Part shown: piece after piece, positions 58,151 to 64,000 of the stretch
Position numbering within the stretch: position 1 is the first letter of the stretch
Layout of the letters: each line of letters opens with the position of its first letter
NCBI RefSeq assembly: GCF_016432865.1
Contig: NC_067403.1
Coordinates: 254,076,001-254,140,000, forward strand
DNA length: 64,000 nucleotides
Origin: Antechinus flavipes
Taxonomy: Eukaryota
Reading direction: 5' to 3'
The notes under the pieces: generated by a model
What the model saw: the letters and a program-made list of their open reading frames with translations, nothing else
Database searches by the model: none
What the model was told of the DNA's origin: nothing
Position numbers and translations under genes: made by a program

Positions 58151-59480
58151 GTTTTTGAAATCTAAAAAAGGCTACATCTGATTATGATTAGGACGGAGCC
58201 CCCTCCCCCCACACACTTCTTGCCTTCTCTCTCCCTTGTGCCAAGAACTCAGTGCCTTCCCCTCTTCCACTTTCTTCTGCATCCTTTAAAATCCCACTTA
58301 AATGTCACCCCAAACAGGAAGCTGGGCCTGCTCTTCTCAGGACAGATTGCCAGTCTTCCTCCTTAACCCTCTCAGCACCGCCTACTACAATCACGGGAAA
58401 GAGCTGGCTGGCTGACTGACTGAGGGGCAGGCCAGTGACATTTTTGTGTCTGTATCTTTTGGTTTGCCAGACCGGGAGTCCCGGAGGGTCCATCTGCATC
58501 TTGTGTTTGGCCCCGCCCTCCCCATCATCCTGTGTATACATTAGGTGGTTAATGTGTGCTCTATGTGCTGGGGTTTCTGAGCCCGGTGCTCCGGGTGCTC
58601 ACTGTAGGCCCTAAGCTTGGGAGCTGTTACCGGGTCTCTGAAAACCCGTCGTGAAGCACGAGAGCCGGGTGTCGGGCAGCACAACACTGGGCCCTTGTGT
58701 GTGCTGGCAAGGGGGCCCCGGGCCGGCTCCTCCCCGCGCCACATCTCCGGAGCGCCCAAGGCTGAGAACCACAGCTCCGGAGAAAGGCTCTCAAGCGCTG
58801 TCATTCCCAGGGCCCCTCCCTCCATTCTCCCCAAGGCCCCGGAGCGCTGGCAGGGGCACCCGGGGCGGGGGAGCCCGGGTCCGCTTTCCCGGGCCCCGCA
58901 CTTGGGCACCAGGGTCCCCGGCCCCGCCGCGGGCTGAGAAAGGACAGCCGTTAGCCGCTGCTGTTTGTCTCTTTATTTACACGTCTCTCTCACCAAGGAC
59001 CGGAGAACACAAACATTCGGGGCGCGGGGGTCCGGGCGGGGAAGCGGGGGGGGGGGGCCGGGCGCCATGCAGGGAACACTGGGTCTGCGGGCACGCGCGC
59101 GGGGGGCTGAGTGTGTGTTACTGGGGGGAGGGGAGGCAGAGCAGAAAGCGCTTCGCGGGACACGTGGCAAGGACAGCATGCGAGAGATTTTGTCCTCGGA
59201 CATCTGTGCAGTGACGGCCGCCCCTCGAAGCCCGTGGGGGGAGGGGGGCGCAGGGGTCAGCCAAGGACTCGTCTCTGTCCCGGCCGGGACTCCAAAGCGA
59301 TTCTCCTCCGGGCGCTCGGGACCCCTCGCTCCCCTTTCCTTCGCTGAGCCAGGCCGGCTCTGTCCTGTGGCGGGGGTCCCACTGCCGTCACGGGGGGCCC
59401 ATCCCAACGTCAGAGGCCAGTTCCGAGCCGTCCCGGGAGCCGCCCGAGAGCTCCTTCTCCACGGGCTCAGTTCTCCCCCG

Positions 59481-59498
59481 TGGCCACCAGGGGGCAGG
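59481..59498 (+). promoter_or_regulatory. Consensus CTCF motif in the CHRM1 3' UTR
   Basis: tggccaccagggggcagg matches the CTCF core CCACCAGGGGGC. Confidence 0.55.
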
Positions 59499-60102
59499 CT
59501 CTCCCAAAGCTACCTTGGCCAGGTGCTCGGCCAGGGCGCCATTCCCGGGAAGGGCCGATCCTAAACGCGATTATTCCCCCCCACTATCCTGCCGGTTTGC
59601 TCGGGCCTTCTCCACAGAAAACAAACAAGGACTGAACCCCAGATCCTCCTCCCGCGGCTCCTTCCGGGTGCGGTCCGTCCCTTCCAAGTGGAAAGCAGAA
59701 AAACCTGTTTCCTCCTCCTTCCTTCTCCGGCTTGGGAGCTTGGGAAATGAGCGGGGCCGGTGTCTCCCTGGGAGAGGACCGAAGCTGCCTGGCGCGCCTC
59801 TCTGGGGCCCGGGCCGCGAAGCCCCCGGATCCTCCCTTCTCAAATCCTCCGAAATCATTTCCTGCGGGCCTCCCCCTCCCCCCTCTCTATCGGGATCCGC
59901 CGAGGGCACGCGGGATCCCCCGCCCGGGGTCAGGTCTCGGGGGCTCGTCGGGTCGCCTTTTGTCTTTGTAGCCCGGGCGCGCGCAAGGCGTACTGTACAC
60001 AGGAGGCGCTTCATAAGCAGCTGCGGAGTAGCTGGGGGACGGGCGGGGCAGGGGCAGCTCTCACACCGGGAAGCCGGGCGCTCTGTGGGGGTGGGGCGGC
60101 CG

Positions 60103-61494
60103 TCAGCACTGCCGGGAGGGCGTCCGGTGCACGGAGCCGGGCCGCTTGGGGATCTTCCGCCAGCGCCTCTTGTCCCAGCGGCAGAGCAGCAGCAGGCGGA
60201 AGGTGTCGCGGAAGGCCTTGTTGCAGAGCGCGTAGCACATGGGGTTGATGGTGCTGTTGACGTAGCAGAGCCAGTAGCCCAGCTCCCACAGGGTCTCGGG
60301 CACGCAGTCAGTGCAGAAGGTAGACACCAGCACCATGATGTTGTACGGGGTCCAGGTGAGGATGAAGGCCAGCAGGATGGCGCTCAGGGTCCTGGCCGCT
60401 TTCTTCTCCTTGACCAGCGAGAAGGTCTTGCGCTTGCTCAGCTGCTCCTTCCCCTTCTTCTTGGGCTCCTTGCCCGCCCGCTCGCGGGCCTTCTTGGTGG
60501 GGCGCTTCACCGTCTGGGGGGAGGCGCGAGGGGGCGGCTTGGCCGGCGCCGGGGCTTCCGGGCCCACCATGGGCATCTTGATGACCACCTCGAAGCCGGC
60601 CTCCTCGCCCTCGGAGGACGTCAGAGACTCCAGGTAGCCTTCGTCCTCCTCCTCCTCCTCCTCTTCCTTCCAGCTGTAGGAGGGGAGGAGCCGCGGTCCC
60701 CAGCAGCAGCAGCAGCGCCGGGCGGGCACGTCGGGGGAGCCTTCGGGGCCGGGCTGGGAGCGCTCCGAGCTGCTGCTGCTGCCTCCGCCCAGCCCCTTGC
60801 CCGGCGTCTCGGAGCCCTGCAGAGCCGCCAGCTCCCGGGCCCGGTTCTCAGTCTCACGGTAGATGCGCCAGTAAAGCACGCACATGACGGTGACGGGGAG
60901 GTAGAAGGCGGCCATGGCCGTGCCGAAGGTGATGATGGGCTCCGACAGGAACTGGATGTAGCACTGGCCCGCCTTCACGGTCCGCTTGCCCACCAGGTAC
61001 TGCCAGAAAAGGATGGCCGGCGCCCAGAGCACGAAGGACACCAGCCAGGCCAGGCCGATCATGAGCGCGGCGCGCCGGGGCGTCCTCTTGGCTCGGTAGC
61101 TGAGCGGCCTGGTGACGGAGAAGTAGCGGTCGAAGCTGATGAGCAGCAGGTTCATGACGGAGGCGTTGCTGGCCACGTAGTCCAGGGCCAGCCAGAGGTC
61201 GCAGGCCAGCGTGCCCAGGGCCCAGTGCCCCATGACCAGGTAGGTGGTGTAGAGGTTCATGGAGACCACGCCGATGATGAGGTCGGCGCACGCCAGGCTG
61301 AGCAGGAAGTAGTTGTTGACCGTCTTGAGCTCGCTGTTGACCTTGAAGGAGATCAGCACCAGCAGGTTGCCGGTCACGGTGGCCAGCGAGAGCAGGCCCG
61401 TGGTGAGGATGATGAAGGCCACCTGCCACGGGCCCTTCACCGGCTCCAGGACAGTGATGTTGGGGCTCACGGCGGGGGCCACGGACACATTCAT
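60103..61494 (-). CDS. CHRM1: Muscarinic acetylcholine receptor M1, single coding exon, 463 aa
   Basis: [16 protein letters not shown]..., [96 protein letters not shown]. Upstream acceptor ctctttccag|G at 61647; AATAAA at 58977-58972. Confidence 0.98.
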   Translation of the reverse strand: MNVSVAPAVSPNITVLEPVKGPWQVAFIILTTGLLSLATVTGNLLVLISFKVNSELKTVNNYFLLSLACADLIIGVVSMNLYTTYLVMGHWALGTLACDLWLALDYVASNASVMNLLLISFDRYFSVTRPLSYRAKRTPRRAALMIGLAWLVSFVLWAPAILFWQYLVGKRTVKAGQCYIQFLSEPIITFGTAMAAFYLPVTVMCVLYWRIYRETENRARELAALQGSETPGKGLGGGSSSSSERSQPGPEGSPDVPARRCCCCWGPRLLPSYSWKEEEEEEEDEGYLESLTSSEGEEAGFEVVIKMPMVGPEAPAPAKPPPRASPQTVKRPTKKARERAGKEPKKKGKEQLSKRKTFSLVKEKKAARTLSAILLAFILTWTPYNIMVLVSTFCTDCVPETLWELGYWLCYVNSTINPMCYALCNKAFRDTFRLLLLCRWDKRRWRKIPKRPGSVHRTPSRQC

Positions 61495-62157
61495 GTCGGC
61501 AGCCTGCCGGGCCACATGGGAGATGCTGAGCGGGCTGGGGCGCGGAGGGCCTTCCTCCCCTGGCTCAGGGGGTGGCCCCTTCCCTGGGCTCGGAATTCCC
61601 CGGGGCAGGGAGACCGCTCCTGGGCTCCCTCAGGCCAAGACCAGCACCTGGAAAGAGAAGAACCGAGCCGTAAGCGCCTCCGGGTGGCACCGGATGGGTC
61701 TCGTGGTGGGTCGGGCGCCAGGTAAGCCTGGGGGCAGAGGGTGAGATAATGGTCCCCGAGGCAGGTGAGCTGGCACTTGGTAACTGTATGACTCTGGGTG
61801 AACTATTTATCCCCTTTCTGCCTCAGTATACTCATGTGAGAAAGGGGTGCACCAACCAAGGAAAAGTTAACAGACTTGGGTGGTCAGGAGTGGTACTGGG
61901 GCAGCCTGGGTGTGGGAGAGCTTCCCATCTCAGTAGCCTGGACACTCAGCTGCCTATGCTGACCCCTCCCCTCACTGGGGCCCCTGAGGTATGGGGGGGA
62001 TGCTGAGGAGAGACTTGGGGGCACTAAGTGAGCACTTGGATCCTTCCTCCAAGGCTGTGGGGAAGCAGGGACTCCAGGGTCTGAGCCTGGGAAGGAGCTG
62101 AGTTAATTTTTATCCCCAGAGGAGTGAGGGAAGTAAGTTGGGATCCGAGTTCAAATG

Positions 62158-62376
62158 NNNNNNNNNNNNNNNNNNNNNNNNNNNNNNNNNNNNNNNNNNN
62201 NNNNNNNNNNNNNNNNNNNNNNNNNNNNNNNNNNNNNNNNNNNNNNNNNNNNNNNNNNNNNNNNNNNNNNNNNNNNNNNNNNNNNNNNNNNNNNNNNNNN
62301 NNNNNNNNNNNNNNNNNNNNNNNNNNNNNNNNNNNNNNNNNNNNNNNNNNNNNNNNNNNNNNNNNNNNNNNNNNNN
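62158..62376. other. Assembly gap (219 N)
   Basis: Run of n. Confidence 1.
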
Positions 62377-62379
62377 AGC

Positions 62380-63760
62380 TCCCTCTTCTCTCCTTGTCCA
62401 CAGGCATTACCAGGACATTTTCTGCCGCTTTTTCCAACATCACCCACAAAGACGTGGTCCTTCTCTTTACCAGACCCCTACCCTCTTCCAGTAGATTCCC
62501 CCCTCTGTCATCCCCACTCTTACTTACCATTCTCCCTGTCCATTGGCTAATTCCCTCCCGCCTACAAGCATGCCCATCTCTCTCCCACATCCTGCACAAA
62601 ACCCCGCTCTTGATCCCTCTGTCCTCACGGTGAGTTGCCATCCCACATCTCTCCTCCCTTTTGAGACCACACTCAAGAAGGCTGCGTCTGCCCCGATGGA
62701 GGCCTCCATTTCCTCTCTCCTGGACTCTTAACATTCAAAAGAAACTTCTCTCTCCGATGTTCCAGACAGTAGTTGCCCGATGGATGAGCTCTTCTCCACC
62801 TCCCTTCTCATCAAGTTCTCAGTAGCCCTAGAAAGGTCCATCGCCATCTTTTCCCCACCAGTCTCTTCGCTCTAGATTCCCACAATACTCTGCTCCTTGG
62901 CTGGGCTCTTCACCTTGGTCATCTGTCTTTCACTCTTCCTTCCATACATCTTATTGGTGAGCTCCTCGGCTCCCACGGGGTCAATGATCATTTCTAAGCC
63001 TGTTACTCTGAGGTCACTCGGTCTGCCCTAACCTCTCTCTGGACCTCTGGGGTCATATCTCCAAACAATCCACTCCATTAGACTGGAAGCTCTCAGAGGG
63101 CAGGGTCTGGCTTTTGCTTCTTTTTGTCTCCCCGATACTTAGCACGTTGGATACATGCTTAATGATCAATCAAGCCGAATCCTAATTCTGTGCCTATTAC
63201 ACGTCTCTCTCCCTTATGATCCCTCGGCTGCCCGACTGATGTCCTAACATTTCGATCTGACCATGGCGCCTCCCTCTCCTCTGTAAACTCCAGGGACTCC
63301 TTATAACTCCTAAAGTCAACTATAAAATCCATTATGGCCTTTAAAACTTTTTATAACCTGGCCTCCTCCTACTTTTCCAGCCTTCCCACACATTACTCCC
63401 TTCCATATAATGTGCAGTCCAGGAACACTGGCCTCCTTCCTGTTCTTCACACCCAACACTATCTCCTGACTCTGAGTGTTTCCAGTGGTTCACCTCTATT
63501 CCTGGAATAGAAAGAGACCTCCTCATCCCGGCCTCCGGGCTTCCTTGAGGTCTCAGCTAAAGTCCCACCTTCTGGGAGAAGTTTTCCCATCCTTCCTTCA
63601 TCTAACTGATCCTGTAGAGATCTCTTTGTGTGTGTCTCATCCCATTAGTTGGGAAGGTCCTTAAGAAGGGGCACTGGGATTTGTTTTTTGATCTTTCTTT
63701 GTATTCCTAACCATTAGCACACAGTAGGGGCTTAACATATCCTTATTAACTGACTGAAAA
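62380..63760 (+). mobile_element. L2 ORF2/3' fragments
   Basis: L2-like ttcagcctttgacactgt-type and 3'-end text (ttttgatctttctttgtattcctaaccattagcacacagtaggggcttaacatatc); boundaries approximate. Confidence 0.7.
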
Positions 63761-63894
63761 ACATCTCAGAAGGCACGTTTGATGGGGACCTGTCAGGGAA
63801 AAACACAATGGCATATAGTCATGGAAGCCCTTCTAGCCTGGGAGTAAGGAGTCCAGCCAGTTTCTAAGTAGCCCAGGGCAAGCTATTTTCCTTC

Positions 63895-64000
63895 TCAGCC
63901 TTTCCATTTCTTCTCAACCTTTCCCTTCTCAACCTTTCCCTTCTCAGCCTTTCAATTTCCTCTTAACCTTTCAATTTCCTCTTCTCAACTCTCTTTTCTC
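63895..64000. repeat. Pyrimidine-rich short tandem repeat
   Basis: ttctcaacctttccc-like 15-mers and variants running to the window edge. Confidence 0.85.

Noticed and set aside
61495-61515. 7-aa N-terminal extension of CHRM1 in the ORF track
   Set aside because: GTG start; the ATG at 61494 aligns with the known [13 protein letters not shown] start.
59515-61725. 736-aa plus-strand ORF antisense to CHRM1
   Set aside because: Expected shadow of very high GC3 in CHRM1 codons; no recognisable domain or strong start.
62024-62734. ORFs spanning the N gap
   Set aside because: Artefacts of translating Ns and L2 sequence.

Overview
Marsupial genomic DNA, probably dasyurid (WSINE1/MAR1-type SINEs, marsupial L1 and RTE, an OposCharlie-type hAT MITE), syntenic with human 11q12.3. 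Left to right: putative STX5 non-coding first exon and promoter (-), TEX54 (-, modelled with an intron), complete 11-exon WDR74 (-), an unidentified 2-exon gene for a 220-aa secreted Cys-rich protein (-), the snoRNA host SNHG1/UHG (-, 11 exons), SLC3A2 (+, 9 core exons plus a distal in-frame first exon), and CHRM1 (-). SNHG1 carries U25, U26, U27, U28, U29, U30, U31 and two intact U22 copies. Its intron 5 holds a tenth C/D snoRNA that matches none of these and has a 14-nt perfect guide to 18S rRNA. That extra snoRNA and the orphan secreted-protein gene are the most interesting observations. No U2 snRNA is visible upstream of WDR74, unlike the human locus. All coordinates were derived by hand, and family names and human comparisons come from recall, not database searches.
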